This document shows positions 34,551 to 49,837 of a stretch of 64,000 bases of DNA, piece by piece. Below the pieces are notes generated by a model. That model was not told the origin of the DNA, searched no databases, and saw only the letters and a program-made list of their open reading frames with translations. Numbering within the stretch: the first letter of the stretch is position 1; every line of letters begins with the position of its first letter. Made by a program: the position numbers and the translations under genes. This stretch comes from the human T2T-CHM13v2.0 reference genome, Homo sapiens: the NCBI RefSeq assembly GCF_009914755.1, contig NC_060939.1; one strand, given 5' to 3'.

Positions 34551-37187
34551 CTGAAAACCCGTTTTCCTGAGGGAAAACTGTTCTGGAAGTCAACAGCAGA
34601 GTCGCTTGCCAGGGCCACTTCTAATATTGATGAGATTCTGGCCTGTGCTCCCCTCCCTCATATCTTGTGTAGCATTGTGACTAGAGATTGGGTAAAAAGG
34701 GAAGACCTTGCCAAATGTTGCCCACCTGCTACCCTCTCCGGCTGTCTGCTGACGTTGGCCACTTGAGTCTCTTGTCACTGACTGTGCCCACCCTTGGCCC
34801 CTGCCAGCATCCTCCACACACCTTGCCCACAGGAGGACAGCTGGAGCAGGGCCACAGGGGAGGGCATGCAAGGGACCTATCTGACAAGGCCCTGAAACTT
34901 CCTTCCCACTGAGGACCCCAGGACTTGACCTAGTCATCCCCCACTTTGCTGCCAATACTTTGGGAGCAGGCAGATGTCCAGGAAGCGTCTGTTCCTCTGT
35001 ACCCTCCCTGCCAAGGAAGGAGCTTGAGAAAAATCTCTTGAAGGTAGAGCCCCTGCTTCTGGCCTAGCTCTCCCGGAGGCGCAGGGCTGACGAGTGCCGC
35101 CAAGGTAAGACCAGCTCTGGAGTGTGGGATATACAGGCCTTCAGTGGCAACACCTGCTCATTAATCAAGCCCTTCCTTTCCGGAACCTGCCCTGGCTTGG
35201 GATGGTGGGAAGGAAGGAGAACAGAATCTGTTCCTCCCTTCCTGGCCCTGCGGTGAGAGGCGCTGACTAGTGTAGGTGGGTGGAGACAGGCCCATCAGAA
35301 GGCCTGAGTGAGGCACCCTCTGTACATGCAGCACAAGCGGGTGTGGAGTGTGGGGAAGCATCTAAAGATCTAGAAAAATTTGGCAGCAAAGGAATTTTAC
35401 CCACACACTGGAGCCCTAGGCTTTGTTTCTAAAAGTTTTTATTATTCTTTAGGAAAACTTGGGAAGCACTAGTTTATGAAAATTTTTAGAACTTCATTGC
35501 TACATGGCCTTTCCAAACACATCCCCAGATGGTTTCTTTAAAACCATGCAGTGGGACAAGGTTGATATAAACAGTTGTTCCAGCTGAATCCAACTCACCA
35601 AAACGGTGCAGGTGAGGCAAATTACTTTTGAGACTGCAAGTACTGTATATGTCCATTAACAAAAACACAGTAAAAGACTTTAAGAAATTGTAAGGACACT
35701 GGCTTGACTGATTCATGCGGCTGCAAATCCCTGGGAGCCAAGATTCAAAGGCAGAAATGTCTGTGGTGACAGCACCACCACTGCCTTTGTCCAAATTACA
35801 GATCTGTCACACTCAGAGCTTGCTGCTAGCATGGGGCTGCCGTCGGCAGCAAAGGGAACTTCATGGATCTGTGAGGAGGAACAGCTGAGTTCCTGACTGC
35901 CTTTAATTTTCTCTGAGGCTTTGCTGAGTCACCTAATCTCTTGGGGCTGTGGTTTTCTCACCTGTAGAAGGAGGGACAGGGCTGATATCCCTAGAGTGCC
36001 TTTCAGCTCTGGGATTCACGCATTCTAAGGAGGGTGGCTAGAGCACAGAACCTCTAAAGATGTTCATTCATTCCTTCAACAAAGTTTACATGAGCACCTG
36101 CCATGTGCTAAGCACCAGGGCCGACCACTGGCCCAAAAACACAGGCATCTGCTGGCCTGCCCACTGCAGCAGCAGCCATACCTTTGCAGGCCGGTGGAGC
36201 CCCCCTTTCTACAGCCTGTGGAAAAAATGGTTCTAAATTTGCAGATCCTCTCATCAAATCAGGAAGTCAAGAAACATGATAGAATAGAGGAACTGGTCTC
36301 AGTTTGCACAGGCCATCAGTTTCACAAGACAGGAATCGAATATCAACAGTGGCTGATTATCACACTCAGGAATTGAAAATAATTAGAAAAAGAGGCAAAG
36401 ATGCTGTGGCAATCATTGGCTGGTCCCCTTTGGTCTCCAGCACCCATTCCCCTTTGGTTTAGTAACAGCACCCTAACTTTCCTCCCTATATCGTGTGATA
36501 ACAGAAGCACTCTCTCCAGGATACCCTCCCTGAGAGACAGGCATATGACCTGAGCCAGCCAATCAGACTCCTTCCCTGCAAGGATGCACTAGGTGGACAG
36601 CATGGTGGGAGCATCTCTCATCCAGGCAGGGGTGATCTGTGGGACTGCAGTCAGTCCTGTTGCTTAGAGACCCCAGGACTGCCATAGCTTCTGTCCTGGA
36701 CTTGATTCTCCAGGCTAACAGAGAACCTGACTGATGCAGATTCAGGAGAGCTGGTTTGTTTAGTTCTCAGTTCCTTTCATGAAATGGCTATTATCTCTGC
36801 TAGCTACTATAGCAGAAATCTGGAAAACATGATTTTTCTTGATTTGTGAAATTGTTGATGTTTCTTCAGGAATTTCCGCCTGCTTCTCATAAACTGGCAG
36901 AAACTTAGAAATGTTACATTTCTTAAAGAGAGTCATTGTAATTATTATCTGAATAAGATGATAGTGTTTTGAATTTAACGTAATAAACTCTATCTCCTGC
37001 CTTAGTGCCTTCACATCTTCATGTTGCCCCTCCCTCTAACAACATTTCTGAAAATTTGAAAGACATGAAGGAAGAAAAAGTGTTTTCCATATCCCCACAT
37101 TGCCTTAAAGTGGACTTTGCAGAGGAAAATGTTCAAATATACAAGTTTTAGGTACTCTTCATAGCTCTTGGTTTTCTATTATTAGGG

Positions 37188-37600
<413 letters not shown>

Positions 37601-37849
37601 TGAAAGACCCCTCTCACCACCACTCCTATTTCCAAGGATAACCACATTGACAGTTTGCGGTTTAAACATACAGATATAGAAATATCTTTAAATAAAAAAA
37701 CTTATATGAGATTATGCCATCTCATTTTCAAGTTAACATTGATAAACCTGGTCTTTTTGCTCAACTATCGTGGTCATCCTTCCTCATACATACGTATGTA
37801 CATACATACCGGTACACACACAGCTGGTACATACATACCGACTGACAAA

Positions 37850-38240
37850 ACTCATTCATTTTAAGGCTGCAGATACTTCATTGCATGGGGATGTACCATC
37901 CTGTATAGATCTGTCACCCAATTAATCTGCCCAATTGATGCACATTTTGGTGGCTTCAAATTCTTTGCAGTTACAAACAGTGCTACCATGAATATTCTTA
38001 TACAAATATCTTCAGGCCGATGTGCAACTATTTCTTAACTTGGATTCCTAGAAGTGCATTTGCTGGATCAAGTACATACACATTTTGAAATTTTGGTCAA
38101 GACTGTAAAATTGCCCTCCAAGAAGACTGTACCAATTCACTCTCCCACCTGCCATTTTTTTTTCACTGTATAATGACAGGGAGTGGTATATCCCTTTTGT
38201 TTTAGTTTGCATTTCCTGGATCATTCCTTAGTGAGACAGA
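37850..38240 (-). mobile_element. Old L1 (L1ME-like) fragment
   Basis: ttacaaacagtgctaccatgaatattctta...ggattcctagaagt...ttttagtttgcatttcct. Confidence 0.6.
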
Positions 38241-38284
38241 GCAGAAGTGGATTATTTATAAGTTTACACACAAAATTACATTGA

Positions 38285-38676
<392 letters not shown>

Positions 38677-38824
38677 TGAAATTCTTATGTTTAATGCCAT
38701 GACATCTAACACTGCGTTCAATCAAAATGTCTACGCATGCAGCTTGAGACCTTTGCACAGAAGGTGCCTAGGGTCATGATTTGGGAAGATTAATCTGCCA
38801 TCAGTGGAGGGGTGGATAAAAACT

Positions 38825-39040
38825 AATGTTTATTGGGATCAAGATGAGCAGTCTCTGTGCCAGAAACTTTATTCCTTTAATTTCCACAGCCCTGTGAGGC
38901 AGGTGAAATCATCCCCATTTTATGGATGAGGAAATTGAAGTTCAATTGGTTCAATAACATGCCAAAGGTCACTCAACTGATGAACAGTGGAGCTGAGATG
39001 CGGAAGACTGAAGACTCACAGCCTGGACTTTTAACCAAAC
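38825..39040 (-). mobile_element. MIR
   Basis: atccccattttatggatgaggaaattgaag...ccaaaggtcac. Confidence 0.65.
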
Positions 39041-39949
39041 ACCACATGGCTTCGCTACAGAAGAAAGTTAGAAAGTTTTCAAAAATAAAATGTAGAGCCA
39101 AGTGCCACCTTGGATATAAGGGACTGGGGGACGGGAAGAGGCAAGAACTCCCAGGCTTCCCTCTGGCTGTCAATAGCTAGTGGGTCCTGGCAGTGGGAGC
39201 TGGGCCATCAGAGGTGGCGCCTGAAGTGGGGCAGGCACAAAATGGGTTTTGGGGCAAGCATTTGCCCAGGTGATGGTCAAAGCCACAGAAAAAAGGTGTT
39301 TTGATGGAGTGGTGGCTGAGTGTGGGGAGAGATGAGCAGGGGACCAAGCCTGGAGCTTGGGCAGCCCACGATTGGACACTAGGAGAAGAAAAGAAGCCAG
39401 TGGAGGAGACACTGAGGCTAGGGATGGGGAGGGCACTGTGGAAGGCTGGGCTCCACCTGGCGCTCCAGGGAGCTGGCAGGGGGGCACATCAAGGAGCTCA
39501 AGCTGCCTCACCAGCAAATGCCTCTGTTTCTGACCAGGGGCAATGAAATAAAGGGACCCGGTTGAGTAACTGGTTTCTGGTCCCTGCCAGCCCAGGAAGC
39601 CAGCACCCACCCTGCCTTACATCCCATGTGCCACTCTCAGCCTTCGAAGCAAAACCAGCTGAGACCAGCACCTGCCAGATCTGAATGCGCAGCTCCAAGT
39701 TCTGGGGGGTGGGGGTGGGGGTGAGCCAAGGAGGTCTGGCTTCTCTAGGGCAAGGGTAGGAAGGACAGCAGGGAGGCTCACCCTGAGCCCGGCAGGCAGC
39801 CCTTCCTCCTCCTCCCCTTCAGCAAAGAAAGGCAGATAAAAACGTGTTTTTATAAATAGCTCCAGCCCCAGCTGATTTGTAAATTCAGTGGGTTTTTTGT
39901 GTCAATGACATCACCTTCCTCCCCATGGCAACCCCCGACGATATCAAAA

Positions 39950-40290
39950 TTGCCAAGCAACGTTGGAGCAGCTCGGCGCCCCAAACGAGCAGGTCGATGC
40001 CTGAGGATTTAATGGAGAAATCCCAAAGTGAGCCGGGGCGCGCGGTGGAGGAGGGGCGCGCCGCAGCCGGGGCCGCTGGGCCCTGATGGGCGGGAGCGGG
40101 GTGGAGCGGCCTCGCCTGCCAGGCAGCCCTGGGCGCGGGGCTCGGCGGCCACACTCTGGAGACAGCCACGGTCCAGGCAGGTGGGGGAGGGCGCTGCTCC
40201 CGTCCTGATGTGCCAGGAGCCGCCAGCAGCCATCCAGGTGACTAAGCCGGCCCACTAGCACTGAGTCACCGCCCGCCTCGAGCTGTTCTT
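39950..40290. promoter_or_regulatory. PAK6: CpG-rich upstream promoter of PAK6
   Basis: Dense CpG (gcgcgcgg, ggcgcgccgc), GC boxes, AP-1 TGAGTCA at 40262; followed by several splice donors. Confidence 0.75.
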
Positions 40291-40694
40291 GCTTCTCCTT
40301 TGCATCTGATTATTTTGGGAGCTGGAAACTTGGAGCTGCACCTGAGTCCCGCCCCTTCTAGCTCTCCCCTCCCTACCTTGGGCTCCAGGAAGATGGGACT
40401 TGCTGTGAGTCTGCTGCCACCCCCTAAAGATATGGAAGACGCTGTGGGGGCCAGAAGTGCCCGGGGGGCTGTGGCAGCAGGCAGAGTGCAATAGCAGATA
40501 TGGTGGTCAGGCTGCCCGTGTGTGTCCTCTGGAGGTGTTGGGACAGAAGGGCAGTCTTGTCCGAGCTGACTGGAGTCCTCCCGGGCTGGCTCTGAACTCA
40601 TCTCCCACGGGGATGTTTCGGTAAAGGAGTGGCTTCTGGGGTCGGAGTGGCATTTGGAGAGCGAGGCTGGATTGGCTTAGGCTGGCCTGGGCAG
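40050..40694 (+). other. PAK6: PAK6 5' non-coding exon region; donors at 40237 (CAG|gtgact) and 40694 (CAG|gtaggt); start approximate
   Basis: Consensus donors downstream of the CpG island; resembles my recollection of the PAK6 5'UTR; TSS cannot be determined from sequence. Confidence 0.6.
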
Positions 40695-40879
40695 GTAGGT
40701 GGCTCTGTGTTGGGTGTGGACCCACGTGTGTGTGAGTGCGAGAGTGTGTAAGCCAGTGTGTGTGCCGTCCCCCTGCTGGGGACAGCAGCTGGGTCCAGCA
40801 GAGAGCTGGCTGGGGGCTTGACAGGAGTTTATCCTAACTGATGCTGGGTGGGCGCAGGCCCTGAGATGGGCGTCAGGGA

Positions 40880-40987
40880 GAGGGGACGCCAGACACACGG
40901 CCTGAGCAGGGTGAGGAGCAGCTGCCAGCCCCGGCAGGCCCAGGCCCTGTCTGGGTGCACAGGACAGAGACACAGCAAGATGCCCAG
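40880..40987 (+). other. PAK6: Possible alternative PAK6 first exon (donor CAG|gtagga); start approximate
   Basis: Good donor at 40987/40988 upstream of the 41493 acceptor; inferred. Confidence 0.4.
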
Positions 40988-41492
40988 GTAGGAAGCCGTC
41001 CGGAGGGGCTGGCCAGGGTGAGAGCCCATCACTGGGGGGCTGGACAGCCCATCAGCTGCCCCTTCATTCTGGCAGGCCTGGGTACCAAGGAAACAGCTTC
41101 CTACCAAGAACCATGTCACTCTCTTATGCAGGGCCAGTCAGCACCCATGTGCGTCTCTGCTGAGCTCACAGGGACACATTCAGTGAGAAGGGTGCTGGCC
41201 AGGGCACGGCTTCCCCATGATCAGGACCCAGCGGGTGCCACCCTCAAGCCCCTGGTCCCCACAGGGCATGCCCCGGTGTGTGTCAGGAGGAGGGGGGAGG
41301 TCCCTTCTCCCCCACACAGCTGGCAGCTTTGCGGGCACCAGTGAGTAAGCTGCCAGAGGGAGGGAGGCTGTGTGCCCACAGTGGCAGGACAATACCAACC
41401 AGGAGCCTTCAAGAGAAGAGGCTGGGTGAGAAAAGCACTGAGGTTTTCTTTTCCTTTTTTTTTTTTTTTTTTTTTTTCTATTTTGCCTGAAG

Positions 41493-41575
41493 GGAGTGCC
41501 GCTTCCTGGGCTAGAGACAAGCACCAGCCTGCAGTGGAGAACGCAGGACCCCGCTGCCCAGAAGGAGCAGCCACG
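41493..41575 (+). other. PAK6: PAK6 5'UTR internal exon (83 nt)
   Basis: Long poly-T tract, then gcctgaag|GGAGTG...CCACG|gtaagg; recognised as PAK6 5'UTR sequence. Confidence 0.85.
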
Positions 41576-44224
41576 GTAAGGTCCCCACTGCCGCTGCGTG
41601 CTCCGGATTCCTGGGCTAGGGACGGGGGTGCCAAGGTGTCCAGGCTGCCTCCCACCTGGGACAGGGAGGCTAACTCCACAGCTGTGGGTTCCTGGGTCAA
41701 GGGGCTCCACTCCCCACCCGGCCTGCCACCTTCTTTCCAGATTGATTGTGAAACAGTCCAATCCCAGCTGGTCTCTGGCTCCCTAGCTAGAGGGAGAGGT
41801 GCTTGTTTCTACTCTTCCTGCCCCAGCTGGGCCAAGCCAGTGCCACCGGGACACCCCTATCCAAGGCCCCTCTCACTTTACCACCTCTGGGACATTTCCC
41901 TTGTGTATTCATTCCACAAATATTTAGGGAGCACTGCTGGGTCCCAGGCTCCAAGTCACACCCTTTGGCTGGGTTTGACCTGGCACAGATTCTGACTCTG
42001 AAACTCAGCATCAGGGCAGGTTCAGGGAGCTGCCTGGCCAAGCACGGTCACTCCTCACAGGCCTTGGTCTCCCCACCCCTGCTGCAGGGTGGATGACCTG
42101 GTCAGCTTTGGGGACATCGGGCCCAGTGAGCTCGGGTTTATAAAGCACTGGGCCCCACCGGGAAGCAAGGCTAACGTCTTGTGGTCTCCAGTTATCCTTT
42201 CCCTGGCATTGTACACCAAGAGGTTTGTGCCGTTCTGCCTGGGGTCTTCCTGAGGCTGGTTCTGGTGGGAACTGGGCTGCAGGAGGAGAGGATGAGCTTA
42301 GGAGCCGTGTGGCCCCCAGGCCTGGTGGGCCTGGGACTCAGCCCCACGGGAGCTGGGGTTGAGGCCTTTGGGGCAAGCAAGGAGTCCCCTCTGCAGGCAG
42401 GCTTCCCTGGCGGTTGTCCTGGCCCAGGCTTGGAGGTGGCACCTGGGAGCCCTAGTGACAGAGCGCCTGGTCAGGGAAGGGTCGGCACCAGAGGCAAGCC
42501 CTTCTGGGAGCAGCTGATTTGGATGGAAGCTCTGTGCACCTGAGAGGGGGAGTGTGGGGACTGCACGGCCTCTCCAGTGCCCCGAGGACAAACTGATGCT
42601 TTGTGAGTGCTCTGGGCCCTCCCGGACTTGCCAGACACAGGGAGGGTGCAGTGGGTGGGGTCTCCAGCCAAGGAAAGCCCGCTCTGTGCACAACTCCTAA
42701 GGATGACCAAAAAGTCCCCTGCCCTGGAGGAGCACATGTGCTCAGAGTCAGGAGGAACCCATAAGTGTCTCTCATGCCAGTGAATTCCCACACCTGGCTC
42801 CTGGATGAGGAGAATGACCCAGCTGTGGGGGTATCTCATGCTGCCTCACAAAAGGTGACTCTGTGCCTAGGAGTCTTCCATGCATGCAGAGCTGAGCAGG
42901 GGCTGCTGCCCAGTTGGGGTCAGAGGGGCGGAGGCTGTCGAGCACTAGGTAGACAGCAGGCCAGCAGCGGGCAGCAGGTTGGGCCAGGAGGGAGCAGAGA
43001 GTAGGGGCCAGGGCAGGCTGAGCAGGAAAGGAAAAGGCTGCCTGGGGTCCTGAGGGCTCAGGGAGGACTCCAGACAGCTGGCCTTCTTATGCCAGCCCGC
43101 TTCTGTGGGAGAGGCCCTCTGCGTAGGTGACTGGGCAGGGAAGAGGCTAAGACACTGAAAGATTGAATTCCTCACCCAAATGGCCCAGAGATGCCCACCG
43201 CACACAGTGTCCTGGGTGCAGAAGGCAGGAAGGACTCATGGGAGGCTGTCCTGTGGACTGAAGCAGAAAGTCCTTCCCGTAAGATGCGCTCGTCGCCCTG
43301 AGCAGGAAGGCCCAGGCTGCGGAAGCAGTGCCTGAGACCTGAGCAGCAGGAAGGACACCAGTAAAGCTCATCAGGAGGCATCTGGCCGCCTGCACCTACC
43401 GGGCCTCAAGGAGAGAGCTTATTTCTGGGAGCCTCCTTGGTAGAAAGAGGTGGACTAGCCAGCAGGTTGGGGAGGAGCATTGCAAATGGAAGCTTCTGAG
43501 GGCAGAATGAGTTCTGAACTTGCTGAAGCCAAGGCTGGCCCTCCTGCCCAGGGCGAGCAGTCTGCCTGGGCCTGGGAAGTTGTCCCCTTCTGAGGAGGTG
43601 CCCTCCACCCCACCAGAGCTCAGCCCTAGGGGCCAGGAAGGGCTAAAGCGAGAAGAGTGAGACGTGAGATAAAGGGGACCGTGTCTCTTCCTGGGAGGGT
43701 GTGGGGTCCAGGCAGCACCTTGTTCTGGCGCACAGGCTGCCAAGCAGATGACAGCCATGGCCTGACTACTAGGTGCAAGCACTGGTGGCAGGAAGAGGGG
43801 GTGGACAAAGCAGGACAGAGCTCTTGCCCTGGGGATGCTCATAGCCCTGCAGCAGAGCAGTGGAAAGGAAAGCTGAGCTGAGCGTGGGGCCAACCGCGCC
43901 AGAAACAAGCGGAGCCACAAAGCCACCATCAGCCCCCAGGTGGCTTCGTCCTTTTGCCAACTCTGGGTCCAACTCATCGCTGAAGTTGGCAGCCATGACC
44001 CATCCAGCCCAGATAATTTATAAATTTACACCAATACTGGGCAACGGTTCTTAACATAGAACTTTATAAAGATGGACAAAAAAGATAAGTTGAGAATGAC
44101 AAACGAAGGAAGAAGCAGCTTCTATCTGCAGTTGCAGGAGGAGGTGAAGGCTCGGGGAGATAGACCAGGGCGGGAAGAGGCAGGATGGTGGTTGGTTAAC
44201 ATGAAGTCAGCAGCATGAGCCTCA

Positions 44225-44420
44225 GGCCCGGTGCTGCCTCTTCCTGGTGACTCGGGCAAGTTACTTCATGTCTCTGGGTCTCAATTTCCTCTCCTGTCCA
44301 ACAGAGATAATTATAGTACCTATGAGTTAGGGTTGTTGAGAGGATTAAATAAGATAATAAGTGAATGCTCTGAATGGCATGACTGGCACATACGTACATG
44401 TTCAGCAAGAGATAACTATT
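44225..44420 (+). mobile_element. MIR
   Basis: gtgactcgggcaagttactt...tctcaatttcctctcctgt...gaggattaaat. Confidence 0.7.
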
Positions 44421-44934
44421 ATCACCGTGATGATAACTGGTGTCAGAGGAACAAAGTGCCAGGAGAGACCATACCTTGTTCGGGGGAATCAGGAAAGGCT
44501 TCACGGAGGAGGTGACTTTGAAAGAACCCTCCTCTGAGGAGAAACAAAAGCTCTCAGAATGCCCAGGAAAGCTGGGAAGAAACAATAATGCCAGGTCTAT
44601 TTTTTTCCCAAATAGCATATTGTTTGTCCACTGAGGCTTTCTAAGGAATAACTTGAGACTCCTCTTTCTGGGGTCTAGACTTGGAGGTCTTGAGGACTTG
44701 AAGTGGGCTGCCCCTAGTGAAGGGATCGAGAGCCGGGCTGTGGCCCTGGCCCTACTCCTTTTGGGGACTGGAAGCTTTTTTCACATGCTGGTCCTAACTG
44801 CATGAGGAACTGTGTTCTGCTGAGCCCCATCTAAAGCATACACTTGGTGATGTGGCAGGCAGAGGGGCCAGACAAGGCCACGGCAGGCTCCTGGATCACT
44901 CTGGCAAGTAGCTTAGAAATGCCTAGTAATCGTG

Positions 44935-45708
<774 letters not shown>

Positions 45709-48700
45709 TGAAAAAACAGGTTCCCTCATAACTACATGAGAGGCCGCAACTGCCTCAGCCCCAGCAAAGGGACACCTCTGCTGGCCAGCATTTCCTACAA
45801 AACCTCATCACGACACATCAGGCAGGGCAGAGACCCAAGTATTCACATAGGGCCAGTGATGACTTTTTTTGACACCTGTGGATTCTCCGTGGCAACCTAT
45901 TCCCCAAAAGTGCTGCCTCGGTCAGCCAATCCCAGTGTCTCTCTGCCTAGGCAACAATCTCTTGTGCTCTGGTCTGCCCACAGCCTCCATGCACTCAGCT
46001 CCTTGGGCCTCTTGCTAAGGGGCTGGAAGCAGAGCTGTGTCCTTCAGGCTGTCAAGGACCTGGTGAGGGATCCTCTGGGTGTCCAGGGAAGCAGGTTCAG
46101 AAAGCTCAGTTCAGCTGGTGCTGTATTTTGATCTCTGATCCCAGTGCAGCGGGGACCAGCCTACTCAACTCAGTGCAGATAGCAACAAACCAGTCACCTT
46201 GCCCAAGACCTCCTGCTGCCTGCCTGCCTGCCTGGTGACCAGGACTCCTAAAGGCTGCAGCAGCAGCAGCAGAGTTAAAACTTTAAAACCGGGAGGACTG
46301 GTTCTGTGGCTCAGCTTCCTGGCCTGGAGAGGCTCTAGCCTCCATTTTCTTTCTTTCAGCTTATGGAATTGTGCAAGAAAGCACAGAGGGTGGAGGGAGC
46401 GAGGGGACCAGTTATGCCACAGCCTCCTGCACCACCAGAGCACAGTCTCAGATCAGCAAAGAGGAGCTCTGAGGAGGAAAAGGCTGCCCCAGGAAAGAGC
46501 TGGCCATCTCAGATTGCTGTAGCACATTCAAGCCAAAGGGAGTCCCCGGAGGATGTTTCGTCCAGCCCCCATAATTTTAGAGCGGGAAACAGAGGTCCAG
46601 AGAAGGAAAGTGGGTCCTGAGGCCACACAGCTAACTAATGGCAGAGTCAGTTTCCAGCCCAGGGATCCCCAGCTGCCTGCCCAGCACTCTTGCTACCCAG
46701 GCTGAACCCCCACCCCCGTGCTACCAAGGGGCCCATGCAGGAGCAGGCAGCAGCCACTGGGTAACTTGATGGCTTGGGAGAGGCGGCCTGGCCTGACACA
46801 TTGGGAGGCTGGGCAGGTCCCCGCTTTGCTCCTATTGTGCTATTTGGGTGCCTCCTGCCATCCCCCTGCATTCTGCTAGACCTGAAACCACAGCCCAGCC
46901 CACGCTTGTCAGTCAAGTGCTTCCCGAGGATAAACTTTGCACACAGCACCCAGGCCACTCTTGGGGACCAGGCCACTCTCTGTTGAAGAGATCTAACTAA
47001 TTTATAAATTGATTGATTGAAGTTCTTTTTGTCCCAGGTAACTTCATGTCTTAGGCCAAAGAAGGGAGTCATGATGAGTGCCAGAGATGAAACGGAGATT
47101 CTGGGGCAAAGGGTAGGGGAGGCACCTGGGAGGCCCTGTTCTTCAGGTGATCTTCTCATTAGTGTAGACTTTTGACCCCAGGCAGACATTTACATGTCCA
47201 ATAGCCACCATCAGAGGTCAGTTCCCAGAAGCAGGAGGCCTGTCACTTGCCACCGGTCACCAGGCCCAAGCTAGACAAGAAGACTTTTTCTATTCCACTA
47301 GAGTGGATCTTGCTGATGATGTGTCTGGGATCCAGAAAGGTGGGGAGAAGTAGAGGTCTCAGCTCCTGGGGAGGGATGGAGCCAGCCCCGGGGGAAGAAT
47401 GCAAGGCCGCCAGTGAGCAGGCATTCAGGGCTCCTGTCGAGGAGAGGGTGGTCAGGACAGGAGGAGGGGCTGCCTCATGGATGATGAGGTCCATCATCCT
47501 AGCAGAGGCTGTTGTACCAGCCACTGACGAGGGTGTGGCAGTGGTGTTACCAGAACCCTGCTATGTCAGCGTTCAAATACATGTCCCAGCAGGCCAACCA
47601 CCCCTGCAGCAGTCAAGGGGTTCTGTCCGGTGTGTGCCAGAATGCTAGGGAAGAGAGGACCCTGAGAAGGATGGCAGCATGGCACAGACACGCCATGTGG
47701 CAGTTAGACAGGTCATGCCTTCTGACCCAGGGCACATGCAGAGGTCCACAGACTCTGAGGCCAGCTAGTTAGTGTTCCCAGGGGGCTGCACAGCCCAGAG
47801 CCTGTGAGTTTTGTGCATCTGGAGCTAAGGTGTTCTGCCCAAAGTGTTGGAGGTGGGCCTCAGGCAACAAATACCCTGCTTCCTCACATCCCCTTTTCTT
47901 CCTTGGAGCTTGGGCCTGGGCCCTCACCTAGTCAGGCACAGGCCTCCACTCCCCGACACTCACCTGTCCTTCCTGAAAGTCAGCCACTGGGCTCCACGCA
48001 GGGGTGTCACAGTCAGAGCCCTGCTCCAGCCTCAGACCTGGGGCAGTCACTGGAAACTCAGAAGAGAGAAGACAAGACAATGAAAGTTTCCCATTCAAGG
48101 AGGCATCCAGCTGTTAGTTCTGCCAGCAAAAATGCCAGCCAGAGAGCTAAACTGCCAGCAAAAGATATTTGGATGGAACTTTGGAGGCCATTAAGAGCAG
48201 GCACTGCAAAGCAATTGTAGCGAAAAGATATTAAATGAATCCATCATGTCTCTAAAATGAGTGTCCTTACCACAGATCTGGCTCTTGCTGTTCCCCAGCC
48301 CTTCCCAGGGTAGCCCAGGATGCACCTGGGACGGGCGCCGCAGCCTGCAATGGTCCCTGCATCTGAGGAGCTCCTCCCAGGTCACCAGGCTCCTTGGGAC
48401 TGTCAGGCAGGTTTAGCCCCCAGTGTCAGCTTGTGTTTGGGGAGGATGGTTTTATATATTCTCGTTGGCACAGGAAGCCTAGTACAGATGCAGAACCTGA
48501 GGGAAAGGCAGGCAGAGAGAGAGAGGCTCGAGGTTCTGCTGAGGCCCAGGGTATCAGCAGGGCACATCTGTACAGCAGCCGGGTGGGGACCCATGGACTT
48601 TTCCAAAACACCTAACCAGGCCCTAGACAGTGCTACCCCCTGGCGCTGGGCTCTCTTTCCGGAACCCGGGGTGAACAGACCTGTTGGGTTGATTTAGTAG

Positions 48701-49837
48701 CAAGTGGTAGCCTTGTTTTCTGGACGAATCCTGGGATTCTACTCCATGGCACATCAAACCAAGCTCCAGTGTGCATGCCCAGGGTCGGGGAGGGGAGCTT
48801 TCTCCTTGGTCCCTTCTGCAGCTGTGAGGGCTGAGGGTTAAGAACCTTTCACCCCGTTTGGGGGTGCTGCTCCTCCATAGCCCTGTACCCCAATGCTCTA
48901 GACTTCATTATTCCACCACCTTCCCCAGGGCGGGAGGTACTCTTTCCATTACATGCATCAGGAAACTGAGGCCAGAGACATGCTGTAAGTCTTGCGAGGC
49001 AAGAGGGCTCCCGTCCGCAGGACTCCATGGCTCTGCAGCTAGACTCCGTCAACTTCCCTCCTGCCTGGGGACCCCAAGGGCCTGGCAGTGTCAGCTCCCT
49101 CGGCTCACACTTCCAGATGCTCGGAGGTTCAGAGGTTTGCACCTCCCTCTTGGTCCCATCAGCAGAGAGAGATGGGTGGTCCCATCAGGGTGAGGAGCAG
49201 GAAGAAGCAGGTGCTGGACAGCCTGGAGGAGAGGGGGAGGAAGGGATTTTCTCCCAAGAGTGCCTCTCTCCCAGGCTTCGGGCTCCAGGGTGAGTGGGCA
49301 GCGACCCCTCTAGGAGCCCCAGCTCCACAGGGCTCCTCCTGCCAAGCATCCAGCACACGTGCCCCCACCTCCCCGGCAGGTCCTGCTTGAGGGCCTGAGG
49401 CGACTGGGCCATCTGGGTCTGTGAAGGGCAGATGTGGGATGCAGGAACTTCAGGCAGGGTGCTGGCTTGTGGCCAGGAAAGCCTAGCACCTGATTCCTAG
49501 CAGGGAACTCAGTGACAGAGTGGGGGAACCTGAGGGCCCCTCTGCCCCTCACACCCAGTGCCATGTGGGGGTCCTCGCGTGTTACACAGAAATAGGAAGG
49601 GACGGTCCTCCTACCCGCACCCCAGCCCTCTTGTGTCTCACGTGACAGCCTGCCTGGGCAGTGATTTTTTTAAAACACAAATGCCTTATATTAAGGTCTG
49701 AGTTGGTCTCTCCCCACTGCCCGTTCAAACATTCCATGGCACCAGCAGCCTCTAAGCAGCAGAGTTGAGAGAACCAGCTTTGGGGTCGGATACACTTCCG
49801 TTCAAATTCCAGCTCCTCCCCTCAGTAACTGGCTTAC

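Noticed and set aside
36420-36760. Possible LTR16-like remnant; also a possible old LTR at 31760-32150 and old L1 at 11700-12650
   Set aside because: Too diverged to call by eye; needs RepeatMasker or Dfam
41180-43977. Overlapping 150-207 aa ORFs on both strands
   Set aside because: GC-rich intronic DNA, frames run through a poly-T tract, and none resembles PAK6 (no CRIB or kinase motifs); the PAK6 CDS is outside the window
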